Below are positions 25,991-35,291 of a stretch of DNA of 64,000 nt, piece after piece. Position 1 is the first letter of the stretch; every line of letters starts with the position of its first letter. The translations under genes were made by a program, and so were the position numbers. The DNA is from an uncultured Christensenella sp. (GTDB lineage: Bacteria; Bacillota; Clostridia; Christensenellales; UBA1242): contig CAZOFH010000002.1 of NCBI GenBank assembly GCA_964579205.1, positions 92,088 through 156,087 on the forward strand. The letters run 5' to 3'. The notes beneath the pieces were generated by a model, which was given only the letters and a program-made list of their open reading frames with translations, searched no databases and had not been told where the DNA came from.

Positions 25991-26915
25991 TCACATCCCA
26001 GTAATGCTCGACGAGTGTATCGACGCACTCAATATCGACCCCGACGGCGTGTATATGGATGGGACTTTGGGCGGCGCAGGGCATAGCAGCGTCATCGCTA
26101 GCAAACTGTCTGAGCGCGGTACTCTTATCTGCTTTGACCTAGACTGCGAGGCTATCGAGGTAGCCAAACAGCGTATCCAGTGCAAGGGCAAAGTTATTTT
26201 CGTCCATTCTAATTACAAGGAGTTTTTGGCTGCGCTGAGAGAGAATAACATCGCAGGGCTAGACGGGATTTTGGTGGATTTGGGGGTGAGTAGTTACCAA
26301 ATCGACAATCCCGAGCGCGGCTTTAGTTATATGAGCGACGGTCCGCTCAAGATGACGATGGATGGCGACCAAAAAAAGGACGCCGAGACCGTGGTTAATT
26401 CTTATAGCGCCGAGAGACTGACGCAAATTTTTAGAGAATATGGCGAGGAGCGTTTTGCAAAATTGATTGCCGATAGCATTGTGGCTCAGCGCAAAATTCA
26501 GCGAATTACCACTACGCGTCAATTAGCCGAAATTGTGGAGAAAAGCATCCCTGCCAAGTTCCGCTTTGCCAACGGTCACCCCGCAAAGCGCGTTTTTCAG
26601 GCTATTCGTATCGAGGTGAATAGCGAATTGAGTGGGCTGGGTGACTTTTTGGTGAGTTGCGTGCGCGACGGCTTGAATAGCGGCGGCAGGCTGGCGGTCA
26701 TCACTTTTCACTCACTAGAGGACAGGATTGCCAAGGACGCATTCAGGATGCTGGCGAGCGATTGCTTGTGCGACAAAAAATTACCTGTGTGCGTGTGCCA
26801 CCATACCGCCGAGGTGACTTTGGTCACCAAAAAGCCGATTTTGCCGAGCGAGAGCGAGTTGGCTAATAATACGCGTTCGCATAGTGCAAAGTTACGCGTG
26901 GTGCAGAAAATTTAG
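25980..26915 (+). CDS. rsmH: 16S rRNA (cytosine1402-N4)-methyltransferase RsmH
   Basis: HIPVMLDE, DGTLGGAGHS, DLGVSSYQ and SLEDRIAK. Start at ATG 25980 (MEFNHIPVML), overlapping the upstream gene by 11 nt. Confidence 0.9.
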   Translation: MEFNHIPVMLDECIDALNIDPDGVYMDGTLGGAGHSSVIASKLSERGTLICFDLDCEAIEVAKQRIQCKGKVIFVHSNYKEFLAALRENNIAGLDGILVDLGVSSYQIDNPERGFSYMSDGPLKMTMDGDQKKDAETVVNSYSAERLTQIFREYGEERFAKLIADSIVAQRKIQRITTTRQLAEIVEKSIPAKFRFANGHPAKRVFQAIRIEVNSELSGLGDFLVSCVRDGLNSGGRLAVITFHSLEDRIAKDAFRMLASDCLCDKKLPVCVCHHTAEVTLVTKKPILPSESELANNTRSHSAKLRVVQKI

Positions 26916-26947
26916 TGATAAATCAAAGAAAATAGGAGTATATTATT

Positions 26948-27700
26948 ATGTCTTTTAACTCAAAGGATAATTTGACTACTACCTTGGAGAGACCAACTAC
27001 GGAGAAAGATTTTGCTGATTTGGTGGACAAAAAAGTTGAGCAAAATATCAATCTTGACCGCGTGATGAGTGAGGTCGAGCGTGAAACGGCGCGTTTTGAG
27101 ACATCGCATTCGGCGGCAGGGTTGACCGAAGTTTACAACAAAATAGATAGGCAGACGATTGCTTCGGTCGAGGACGAAGAGGCGGATTTTGAGGAAGAAA
27201 TCCCAGAGCAGGAGACCGTCTCAGCACCCAAAGAGAGCAGTGTCGACAGGGTCAAAAAGTCGCGGTCATATCGAGATGTAGTGCGCACTTTTGAGACTCC
27301 GACGCTAGAAATCGACGAGGTCGCCAGCAGTCAAAAGCGCGTCAAAAAGTCGGCAAAATCCGTCGCAAAATCATCGAGCAGAATGAAACTCTGGATTACT
27401 ACGAGCGCGTGTTGCTTGGTTTTGCTCATCGGCTTGGTCATTTGCAACATTTTTGCGATAGGCAATATCGAGCGTCAGACTGGGCTTGCCGAGAGTACTC
27501 TCATACAACAGGAGCAAGAATTGAGCGGTGTCAACGGTCAGATTGAGGGCGAGCAGGGGGCAATCCCTGAGAATATGCGCGATGTGGTGCGCAACGGCGG
27601 CACTATCGACATCGCGCCGACCGCCAATCCCGATATTGTGACGACGGACAACTTTTTCAATCGTTTTGCAAAATTTATCTCGTATTTGTTCGGCAGGTAG
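26948..27700 (+). CDS. FtsL-like bitopic division protein with long acidic N-terminal extension (putative)
   Basis: Sits in the position between rsmH and the class B PBP. Has a single TM (LWITTSACCLVLLIGLVICNIFAI) followed by a short coiled-coil-like segment. The assignment is by synteny and topology only. Confidence 0.5.
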   Translation: MSFNSKDNLTTTLERPTTEKDFADLVDKKVEQNINLDRVMSEVERETARFETSHSAAGLTEVYNKIDRQTIASVEDEEADFEEEIPEQETVSAPKESSVDRVKKSRSYRDVVRTFETPTLEIDEVASSQKRVKKSAKSVAKSSSRMKLWITTSACCLVLLIGLVICNIFAIGNIERQTGLAESTLIQQEQELSGVNGQIEGEQGAIPENMRDVVRNGGTIDIAPTANPDIVTTDNFFNRFAKFISYLFGR

Positions 27701-27718
27701 TTTTTTTGGGGAGGCTAA

Positions 27719-29635
27719 ATGCGACAATTTTTTAGTCTGAATAGTTTACACAAAAGGTTATTGTGCGTGGTTTGCATAATGGCCTTTTTATTTTTGTGCG
27801 TGATAGGCAAACTTTTCGTCGTCCAAATTATACAGGGCAAAGGCTTGCAGACGAGAGCGATTAGTCAGTGGACACGCGATTTGCCTATTGCGGGGGTGCG
27901 TGGCAAGATTTTGGATAGGAATGGCACCGTACTTGCGAGCAGTTTTACCACTTACAATGTCTATCTGCGCAGCAGTAATATCACCGACCCTGAGGCGGTG
28001 ACGGCGGCGGTGTCCGAGACGCTCGACCTCGACTATGATACAGTATTAGACAAGGCAAAAAAGAAAAATGTCAGCGAGAGCCTAGTCGCGCAGCAGGTCG
28101 ATAGGGAAAAGGCGCTCGCGCTACTCAATACCGGGCTCGGGGGGATTTATCTCAGCGAAACCAGCACGCGCGAGTACCCATACGGCGATTATTTGACCAG
28201 CGTTTTGGGCATCACCACTATTGATAATGTCGGGCAGGCGGGATTGGAGGCATATTATAATAATTATCTCACTGGTGTGTCAGGGCAGACTTTGACTGAG
28301 AGCACGATTACAGGTACCGAACTGTCCTCCGCCACCACCAGTTTTGTGCCGGGGATTGCGGGGTGCGATATTACCTTGACTATTGATATCGGCATCCAGC
28401 GCGTTTTGGAGGAGGTTGTCGATAGAGCGATTGTCGAGCAGGAGGCTCGTGGGGTGACCGCGATTATGATGGACCCGAATAACGGAGAAATTCTCGGTAT
28501 GGCGAGCAAACCGAGTTTTGACCTAAACAATCCGCCGCGCGACGATGTGCAAAAATTGCTGCAATATTCCAAGAATGTGAATATCGTAGATGTATACGAG
28601 CCGGGCAGTACTTTCAAACTTTTCACCATTTCTGCGGCGCTGAGCGAGGGCGTGACTAGCGTGGATGAGCGCTTTTATGACCCGGGGTATAGGGTGGTCG
28701 ACGGCGAAAAAATCAAGTGCTGGCGTACGCGCGGTCACGGTTCGCAGACCTTGGCTGATGGCTTGGCTAATAGTTGCAATAGCGTCTTTATGGACTTGGG
28801 GCTACGCCTCGGCAAGGAGAAGTTGTATGCCTATCTCTCTAGTTTTGGCTTCGGCACGCCTACCGGCGTGGACTTTGCGGGCGAAAGCGCAGGGATAATG
28901 ATGAATGTAAATTCGGTCAAAAATGTTGACCTCGCCCGTATCTCGTTTGGGCAAGCCGTGGCAGTGACGCCGCTGCAAATGGTGACGGGGGTGAGCGCGG
29001 TGGTAAACGGGACTCTATATGAGCCGCATTTTTTGCGGTCAATTACTAGCGCTAGTGGGGTGAAAAAAGAATTCGGCGCTGTGGCAGTGCGCAATGTGCT
29101 AGACAAGTCAGTCTCGAGTACGGTTACCAGCCTGATGGAGGGGGTGGTCAGTACCAAAGGGCTGTATAGTTTTGTGCCGGGGTATCGGATAGGCGGCAAG
29201 ACGGGCACAGCGCAAAAGTATGAGAATGGTCATATTGCTAGCGGCAAGTATGTGTCGAGTTTTGTAGGGTGCTATCCTGTGGAAAATCCTGAATATGTGC
29301 TGCTCCTTTGTGTAGATGAGCCGGGGACCGGGGTGTATTACGGTAGTATGGTGGCTGCCCCGTATGCAAAGCAAGTCTTTTCTGGGCTGTTCACTTACAA
29401 AAATATTGCCCCGACTTCGCTGACAGAAGATATGAAAAAACTTGAGCCGAATATCGCTGTACCTAATCTAGTAGGTCTGTCCATTACCCAAGCCGTGTCT
29501 CTGCTCAAGCAAATGAAACTCGAATATGAAATAGACGGTGAGGGCGACTATGTCGTTTGGCAAAATATCCCTGCTGGCGAAATGCTTTTTGCGGGTGGTA
29601 TCATTTTTATTAGTACGGTGCAGCAAAATGGTTAG
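27719..29635 (+). CDS. class B penicillin-binding protein (FtsI/SpoVD family) with one PASTA domain
   Basis: N-terminal TM, PBP dimer domain, SxxK (GSTFK), SxN (SCN), KTG (GKTGTA) and a single C-terminal PASTA domain (PNLVGLSITQAVSLLKQMKLEYEIDGEG). Confidence 0.9.
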   Translation: MRQFFSLNSLHKRLLCVVCIMAFLFLCVIGKLFVVQIIQGKGLQTRAISQWTRDLPIAGVRGKILDRNGTVLASSFTTYNVYLRSSNITDPEAVTAAVSETLDLDYDTVLDKAKKKNVSESLVAQQVDREKALALLNTGLGGIYLSETSTREYPYGDYLTSVLGITTIDNVGQAGLEAYYNNYLTGVSGQTLTESTITGTELSSATTSFVPGIAGCDITLTIDIGIQRVLEEVVDRAIVEQEARGVTAIMMDPNNGEILGMASKPSFDLNNPPRDDVQKLLQYSKNVNIVDVYEPGSTFKLFTISAALSEGVTSVDERFYDPGYRVVDGEKIKCWRTRGHGSQTLADGLANSCNSVFMDLGLRLGKEKLYAYLSSFGFGTPTGVDFAGESAGIMMNVNSVKNVDLARISFGQAVAVTPLQMVTGVSAVVNGTLYEPHFLRSITSASGVKKEFGAVAVRNVLDKSVSSTVTSLMEGVVSTKGLYSFVPGYRIGGKTGTAQKYENGHIASGKYVSSFVGCYPVENPEYVLLLCVDEPGTGVYYGSMVAAPYAKQVFSGLFTYKNIAPTSLTEDMKKLEPNIAVPNLVGLSITQAVSLLKQMKLEYEIDGEGDYVVWQNIPAGEMLFAGGIIFISTVQQNG

Positions 29636-29649
29636 ATAGGCAAAATCGC

Positions 29650-29775
29650 AGAATTGGTTAATTGCGACTCGATATTGAGTGATGCGAGGACTGACTCTAC
29701 AAGGGCAGGCGATGCGGACCGGGGGGGGGTGACTGGCGATTGATTTATTGTCAGCAACGTGCCGAGCCCCAAAAA
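29650..29775. repeat. GC-rich insert with G9 tract between the PBP gene and murE
   Basis: ...GGGCAGGCGATGCGGACC-GGGGGGGGG-TGACTGGCG...GTGCCGAGCCCC, with the G9 tract at 29721-29729. Composition clearly differs from the flanking AT-rich spacer. Membership in the shared-box family is not established. Confidence 0.4.
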
Positions 29776-29864
29776 GCAAGTTGTGTCAAAAAATGACTAG
29801 TTTTGCTTTTGACAAAATCCGCATATCATAGGGCAGTATAATAAATAAAAAAGGAGCAAAAACT

Positions 29865-31304
29865 ATGAAATTATCGCAAATTATTAGCAATATTGAGTGC
29901 AAAACGCACAATTTTGCCGACATCAAGATTCAATATATTACCAACGACACAACGGTTTTGCGCCCTAATTCGTTGTATTTTTGTGTCAAAGGGCAGCGGG
30001 TCGACGGGCACAGATTGGCTCGGGTGGCTATCCAATCTGGTGCGGTGGCGCTTGTGGTTGAGCGTATATTGGATGATGTTTTGGTGCCGCAAATTGTCGT
30101 GCCTAATGTTCGTGCGGCGATGGGGCGAATGGCGAGCAATTATTACCACAATCCACGCAGCAAGTTCAAACTCATCGGTGTCACTGGTACAAATGGTAAA
30201 ACTACTACTACCTATATGCTCAAGAGCATTTTAGAGACCGCTGGTTATAAGGTGGGGCTCATCGGTACGATTTGCAACATGATAGGTGAGGAGCGGTTGG
30301 AGTCGCGTTTGACCACGCCCGACCCGATAGAGTTGCACGAGATCTTTGCGCAAATGGCAAAGGCTAAGGTTGATTATGTCGTTATGGAGGTGAGCGCGCA
30401 CGCTATTGCGCTCGATAAAATGTCTGGGGTGGTGTGTGATGCAGGGATTTTGACCAACATTACCCAAGACCACTTGGACTTTTTTGGCACTTTTGATAAC
30501 TATCGCGACACCAAATTGCGTTTTTTGAGCGATGAGTTTTGCAATGCAAAAGTCGCAAATATTGATGATAATTGCATAAAAAACTGCATTTTAACGCAAA
30601 AAATCAAAAAAATTACCACTTTTGGGCTAAAAAATCCGTCTGACGTCTTTGCAACAAAAATTAATTATAGTATGTTGGGGACGAGTTTTATTGTCAATTT
30701 GGATGACGAGTTGCGCGCGGTAAATACTAGGCTGATAGGCGAGTTTAATGTATACAATGCGCTCGGAGCGGCGACTGCTTGTTTGCGGATGGGGGTGGAT
30801 GCCGAGGCGATCGCTTTGGGGGTGAGCACTTGCCCCTTTGTTGCGGGCAGATGCAATATTATCTCGCTCAATAATGGTGCTTTTGCGGTGGTCGATTATG
30901 CGCATACACCAGACGGTTTGAGTAAAATTCTGTCTAGCATTCGTCCTCTATGCAAGGGGAGGTTGATTTCGTTATTCGGATGTGGCGGTAATAGAGACAC
31001 CACAAAACGCTCAAAAATGGGGCTAATTAGTGCAAAAATCGCCGATTTTACCGTGATTACGAGCGATAATCCGAGATTGGAGGAGCCGAATGCTATAATT
31101 GAGCAGATTAGGCAGGGCGCGGCTGCGCAAACGGAACAATATGTCTGCATACAAAATAGAAAAGAGGCTATACTAAATACAGTCAAAAGCCTGCACCCGC
31201 ACGATGTTTTGGTGATTGCGGGTAAGGGGGCTGAGGATTATATGGATATCGCGGGTGAAAAAATCCATTATTCTGATTTTGAGGTACTCCAAGAAGTAAA
31301 ATAA
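29865..31304 (+). CDS. murE: UDP-N-acetylmuramoyl-tripeptide synthetase MurE
   Basis: Mur ligase P-loop GVTGTNGKTTT and the MurE-type TSDNPRLE motif. dcw synteny. Confidence 0.9.
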   Translation: MKLSQIISNIECKTHNFADIKIQYITNDTTVLRPNSLYFCVKGQRVDGHRLARVAIQSGAVALVVERILDDVLVPQIVVPNVRAAMGRMASNYYHNPRSKFKLIGVTGTNGKTTTTYMLKSILETAGYKVGLIGTICNMIGEERLESRLTTPDPIELHEIFAQMAKAKVDYVVMEVSAHAIALDKMSGVVCDAGILTNITQDHLDFFGTFDNYRDTKLRFLSDEFCNAKVANIDDNCIKNCILTQKIKKITTFGLKNPSDVFATKINYSMLGTSFIVNLDDELRAVNTRLIGEFNVYNALGAATACLRMGVDAEAIALGVSTCPFVAGRCNIISLNNGAFAVVDYAHTPDGLSKILSSIRPLCKGRLISLFGCGGNRDTTKRSKMGLISAKIADFTVITSDNPRLEEPNAIIEQIRQGAAAQTEQYVCIQNRKEAILNTVKSLHPHDVLVIAGKGAEDYMDIAGEKIHYSDFEVLQEVK

Positions 31305-31320
31305 GAGTTTAGAGGCAGTA

Positions 31321-32319
31321 ATGATAACAAAACTATTAGCGTTTTTGCTAACTTTTGTGATTAGCCTGATTTTGGCTCCATTTATCATCAAATTAGCGAA
31401 AAAAGTCGGCGCAAAGCAAGAAATTTTGGAATATGTGACGGCACATAAAGCCAAGCAAGGCACGCCTACAATGGGTGGGCTTATCTTTGTTTTGCCTGCA
31501 ATCGCCATTGCTGCATTATTGTGTTCTGGACAAGCAGGTATGATGCTGGTGGCTCTAGGTGTGTTTGCAGGGTATGCGCTGCTTGGGTTTTTGGACGATT
31601 TCATCAAGGTGCATACGCACAAGAATTTGGGGCTCAGAGCGTATCAAAAAATCATCGGGCAACTAGGTATTGCTCTAATAATTGGTTTTTATATGTATTT
31701 TTACAGTCCAATCGGGTCGATTCTGTATATTCCGTTTTATGGTACTATCGACCTAGATTGGTGGGTAATCCCTTTTACAATTTTTGTGTTTTTGGCTATG
31801 ACAAATGCGACAAATTTGACTGATGGGCTGGACGGCTTGGCTGGCTGGACAAGTTTTGTGATGCTCATTTGTCTGTCTATAATTATAATGATTACAGGCA
31901 ATAGTTTGCTGGTAAATGGAGGCAGTATTGGGCTGGTCGGAGAGATGGACAACCTCGCTCTTTTGAGTGCTAGTGTGGCGGGTGGTGTGTTGGCGTTTTT
32001 GTGCTTTAACACATACCCCGCAAAGGTCTTTATGGGGGACACTGGCTCGTTGGGGTTGGGTGGTGTAATTACCGCCCTAGCAGTCTTTTCTGGATGGACA
32101 CTTTTGCTGCCTGTTTTGTGTGCCGTTTTTGTGGCTAGCGCGGTGAGTGTTTTGGTGCAAGTTGTGCATTACAAACGCACAAAAAAGAGGATATTTTTGA
32201 TGGCGCCGCTACATCACCATTTTGAGCAAAAAGGCGTGTTTGAGACCAAGATAGTGGCAATTTATTCGGTAATTACAGTGTTTTGTGGAATACTATGCAT
32301 AGTACTATGCATAGCATAG
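31321..32319 (+). CDS. mraY: phospho-N-acetylmuramoyl-pentapeptide transferase MraY
   Basis: Polytopic membrane protein with GTPTMGG, NATNLTDGLDGLA, MGDTGSLGLGG and PLHHHFE. Confidence 0.95.
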   Translation: MITKLLAFLLTFVISLILAPFIIKLAKKVGAKQEILEYVTAHKAKQGTPTMGGLIFVLPAIAIAALLCSGQAGMMLVALGVFAGYALLGFLDDFIKVHTHKNLGLRAYQKIIGQLGIALIIGFYMYFYSPIGSILYIPFYGTIDLDWWVIPFTIFVFLAMTNATNLTDGLDGLAGWTSFVMLICLSIIIMITGNSLLVNGGSIGLVGEMDNLALLSASVAGGVLAFLCFNTYPAKVFMGDTGSLGLGGVITALAVFSGWTLLLPVLCAVFVASAVSVLVQVVHYKRTKKRIFLMAPLHHHFEQKGVFETKIVAIYSVITVFCGILCIVLCIA

Positions 32320-32335
32320 TACATAGGAGGTGGCT

Positions 32336-33691
32336 ATGCAAAACTGCTTGATTTGGGGAGTTGGCATCAGTGGAATTAGTGCCGCAAAATTACTAATCAA
32401 CAAGGGTAAAAATGTCTACATATATGACAAAAATACTACCAAATTGCTAGAATTTTTTGATTCAAAAATCATCGATTCACGCGCCCAAATTGTCAAAAAA
32501 ATTGACAAAAATATCTGGTCAAAAATCGATACTTTGGTGCTAAGTCCAGGGGTAAAATTGAGCCCGAAAATTTTCTCAAAATGTCAAAAATTTGTGGTGG
32601 ATATTATTAGCGAAATTGACTTGGCGAGTATGTGTTGCACGGCACCGATTTTGGCTATTACAGGGACAAATGGCAAGACGACCACGGTCACATTTGTGCA
32701 TCAAATTTTGCGCGCTGCTGGTAGGGATAGTCGACTGGTCGGCAATGTCGGTAGGGCATTTTGCGATGAGGTGGAGACCTTGACAGAGGACTCTGTCGTC
32801 GTGCTAGAACTCAGCAGTTTTCAACTCGAACATTGCTCGCATCTCAAATGTCGCGCTGTGGGGCTAATCAACCTTGCGCCAGACCACCTCAATAGATACT
32901 CAAGTTTTGAGGAATACACAGCGGCAAAAACAAATATTTTTGACTGCACAGCCCCCGATTCGTCAATTATTATTAACAAAGATGACCCGCTCGTATGTGC
33001 GCAGTGTGTGGACAAAAATGTAAAAAATGTGGTTTATTTTAGTCAAAAACCACTCAAAATTGGAGAAATTGGCTACTTTTTATCAGAAAATGCAGTTTTT
33101 TGTGCGACTCATCACCGCATCAAAAAACTTTTTGACCTGCCGTCGCTTGGGTTTTTAGGACAGCACAATTTGTCGAATCTGCTATGCGCTGTCGCTTTTG
33201 CACACCTCATCGGTGTCACCGCGCCGCAACTAGCCGCCGCCATTTTGACGCTCAAATTGCCGCGTCATCGACTGGAATATGTCGGGGAGAAAAATGGGGT
33301 CACGTTTTATAACGACTCCAAAGCGACCAATATTCACGCTTGCCAAGGGGCTATTTCTGCATTTTCGCAAGGCATCCACCTTTTGTTGGGGGGTAGTGAT
33401 AAAGGCGAGAATTTTGCCGAATTTTTATCAAATTTGCCTCAAAATGTAGTGTCTGTGGTCACTTTTGGTGCTATGGGGAAGAAAATTTGTCGCCAGAGCA
33501 AGAGTAGTGCTCGCCCTTGTTATAATTTCTCAAACTTGCTTTCGGCGTTTGATTTTGTCAAAAAACACGCAAAAAACGATGAAATTGTGCTACTTAGCCC
33601 TGCTTGTGCGAGTTTTGATGAGTTTGATAATTTTGAGGCGCGCGGCGAGTACTTTTGTAATTTGGTTGCGGAGTGGGTGAGTGAAGAGTAA
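32336..33691 (+). CDS. murD: UDP-N-acetylmuramoylalanine--D-glutamate ligase MurD
   Basis: N-terminal Rossmann GVGISGISAAKLL and P-loop ITGTNGKTTT. Start at ATG 32336, 5 nt after AGGAGG. Confidence 0.9.
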   Translation: MQNCLIWGVGISGISAAKLLINKGKNVYIYDKNTTKLLEFFDSKIIDSRAQIVKKIDKNIWSKIDTLVLSPGVKLSPKIFSKCQKFVVDIISEIDLASMCCTAPILAITGTNGKTTTVTFVHQILRAAGRDSRLVGNVGRAFCDEVETLTEDSVVVLELSSFQLEHCSHLKCRAVGLINLAPDHLNRYSSFEEYTAAKTNIFDCTAPDSSIIINKDDPLVCAQCVDKNVKNVVYFSQKPLKIGEIGYFLSENAVFCATHHRIKKLFDLPSLGFLGQHNLSNLLCAVAFAHLIGVTAPQLAAAILTLKLPRHRLEYVGEKNGVTFYNDSKATNIHACQGAISAFSQGIHLLLGGSDKGENFAEFLSNLPQNVVSVVTFGAMGKKICRQSKSSARPCYNFSNLLSAFDFVKKHAKNDEIVLLSPACASFDEFDNFEARGEYFCNLVAEWVSEE

Positions 33692-34841
33692 AATTTTTTA
33701 TCACGGGCAGCACAAATTCCATATCCCGATTTTTGCCATCACACTAGGAATTGCGATTTTCGGGATAATTATGGTATATTCCGCATCGTGCTACAATGCT
33801 GAGCGTATGTACGGCGACAGTATGTTTTTTGTCACAAAACAAATCGTCGGTGTTGCTCTCGGCGCGTGTGCGATGGTTTTGTGTTATTTTATTGATTATC
33901 AAATTCTCAAAAAACTCAGCATCCCCGCACTCATTCTCGGGTTCGTCGTGCTGCTGGTCGTGTTTATCCCGGGGGTCGGAATTGAGTCCTACGGCGCAAA
34001 AAGATGGATTGGATTCGGTGGATTTAGTTTTCAGGCGAGCGAAGTCGCCAAATTTTGTTTTATAATTTTTGCCGCAACCTATATGTCCAAGTCTTGCGAC
34101 AGGATGACCAGTTTTTGGGGCGCGCTGCCTGTGATGCTCGCTGGTGGGGGGATGTGCCTCCTCATCATCCTCGAGCCCAATATGTCCATTACGATTTGTA
34201 TGGGCGTCCTGATGGTGACAATGCTCCTCGTCGGCGGAATGCGAATCAAGCACCTCGCGATTTTGGCAGTGCCAGCGCTGCTGCTGATTCCGCTGCTGAT
34301 TATCCTCGAACCCTATAGGCTGCTGCGTCTGATGGCTTTCGTCGACCCGTGGGCAAGTCCTCAAGGCGAAGGCTTTCAGTTGATTCAGTCGCTCTATGCG
34401 TTGGGCTCAGGTGGATGGTTTGGCGTAGGGCTTTTCAATTCGCGTCAAAAATTTGCCTTTCTGCCATTCAGTGAGAGCGATTTCATCTTTAGCATCGTCG
34501 GGGAGGAATTAGGATTCGTCGGCGCAATGCTCTTGATAATTGCCTTTGTCGCACTTATTTATTTTGGCATCAAGATAAGTATTACCGCTCGTGACCGCTT
34601 TGGCTGTTATTTGGCAACGGGTATTACCACTATCCTAGCCATCCAAGTCATCCTCAATGTCGCTGTCGTCTCGGGCTCAGTGCCTCCGACAGGGCTGCCG
34701 CTGCCTCTCGTGAGTGCCGGTAGTACTAGTATCGTGATGTTTATGGCGGGCTTGGGCGTGCTGTTGAGTATCTATCGCCAAAGTCCTGCTATCCTTGCCG
34801 ACCCTCGACCATTTTTTACTCACCGAAAAAGAAAGGCTTAA
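33681..34841 (+). CDS. SEDS-family peptidoglycan polymerase (FtsW/SpoVE)
   Basis: Ten-TM SEDS pattern with QASEVAKF, SESDFIFSIVGEELGF and PPTGLPLPLVSAGSTS. GTG start overlaps the end of murD. Confidence 0.9.
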   Translation: MKSKIFYHGQHKFHIPIFAITLGIAIFGIIMVYSASCYNAERMYGDSMFFVTKQIVGVALGACAMVLCYFIDYQILKKLSIPALILGFVVLLVVFIPGVGIESYGAKRWIGFGGFSFQASEVAKFCFIIFAATYMSKSCDRMTSFWGALPVMLAGGGMCLLIILEPNMSITICMGVLMVTMLLVGGMRIKHLAILAVPALLLIPLLIILEPYRLLRLMAFVDPWASPQGEGFQLIQSLYALGSGGWFGVGLFNSRQKFAFLPFSESDFIFSIVGEELGFVGAMLLIIAFVALIYFGIKISITARDRFGCYLATGITTILAIQVILNVAVVSGSVPPTGLPLPLVSAGSTSIVMFMAGLGVLLSIYRQSPAILADPRPFFTHRKRKA

Positions 34842-35011
34842 AACTCAAATCCGCCGCGAGGCGCGTACGATGCTCGACATCATTTGGGGTGTGGCATATT
34901 TGCGCATATTTGCGCGAGGCTCTCAATTATGGTTCGAGGCGAATTGGATGGAAGTAATCATAAAGATTGAATGTGTTCTCATAAAAATAATAAAATAAAC
35001 TTTTATCCACA

Positions 35012-35066
35012 GTCATTCAGGGGAGGGCTGTGCACTCAGTGGGCTCTGTGAGCCGTAGGCGAACCC
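35012..35066 (+). repeat. dispersed GC-rich module, copy c
   Basis: GTCATTCAGGGGA...GTGGGCTCTGTGAGCCGTAGGCGAACCC. The 3' half is near-identical to 1454-1482. Confidence 0.65.
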
Positions 35067-35119
35067 TGTCGCGGGCAAAGCCCTAGACATTAATCAATCA
35101 TATAGATTTCCCTTCCTAT

Positions 35120-35176
35120 GTCATCCAGAACGGTATGCAATACCAAGTGGGCTCTGTGAGGCTTTGGTCGAACCCC
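35120..35176 (+). repeat. dispersed GC-rich module, copy d
   Basis: GTCATCCAGAAC-GGTAT-GCA-ATACC-AAGTGGGCTCTGTGAGGCTTTGGTCGAACCCC. Confidence 0.65.
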
Positions 35177-35291
35177 AATACCGAAACGTTTTGCTCATAA
35201 CAAAAAGGCAGGGGCTAGTGAATTGACCCGTACGGAATTCACTTCAAGTGCCTCTGTCTTTATTAATTTATATAAATGACGACCCTGAATG

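Noticed and set aside
29809-29842. TTGACA ... TATAAT pair upstream of murE as an internal sigmaA promoter.
   Set aside because: The spacer is 22 nt, which is too long for a functional sigmaA promoter. No better -35 sits at 17 nt.
33744-34364. 206-aa minus-strand ORF.
   Set aside because: It is antisense to the SEDS (ftsW/spoVE) gene. Its His/Arg/Gln-rich product is an artefact.
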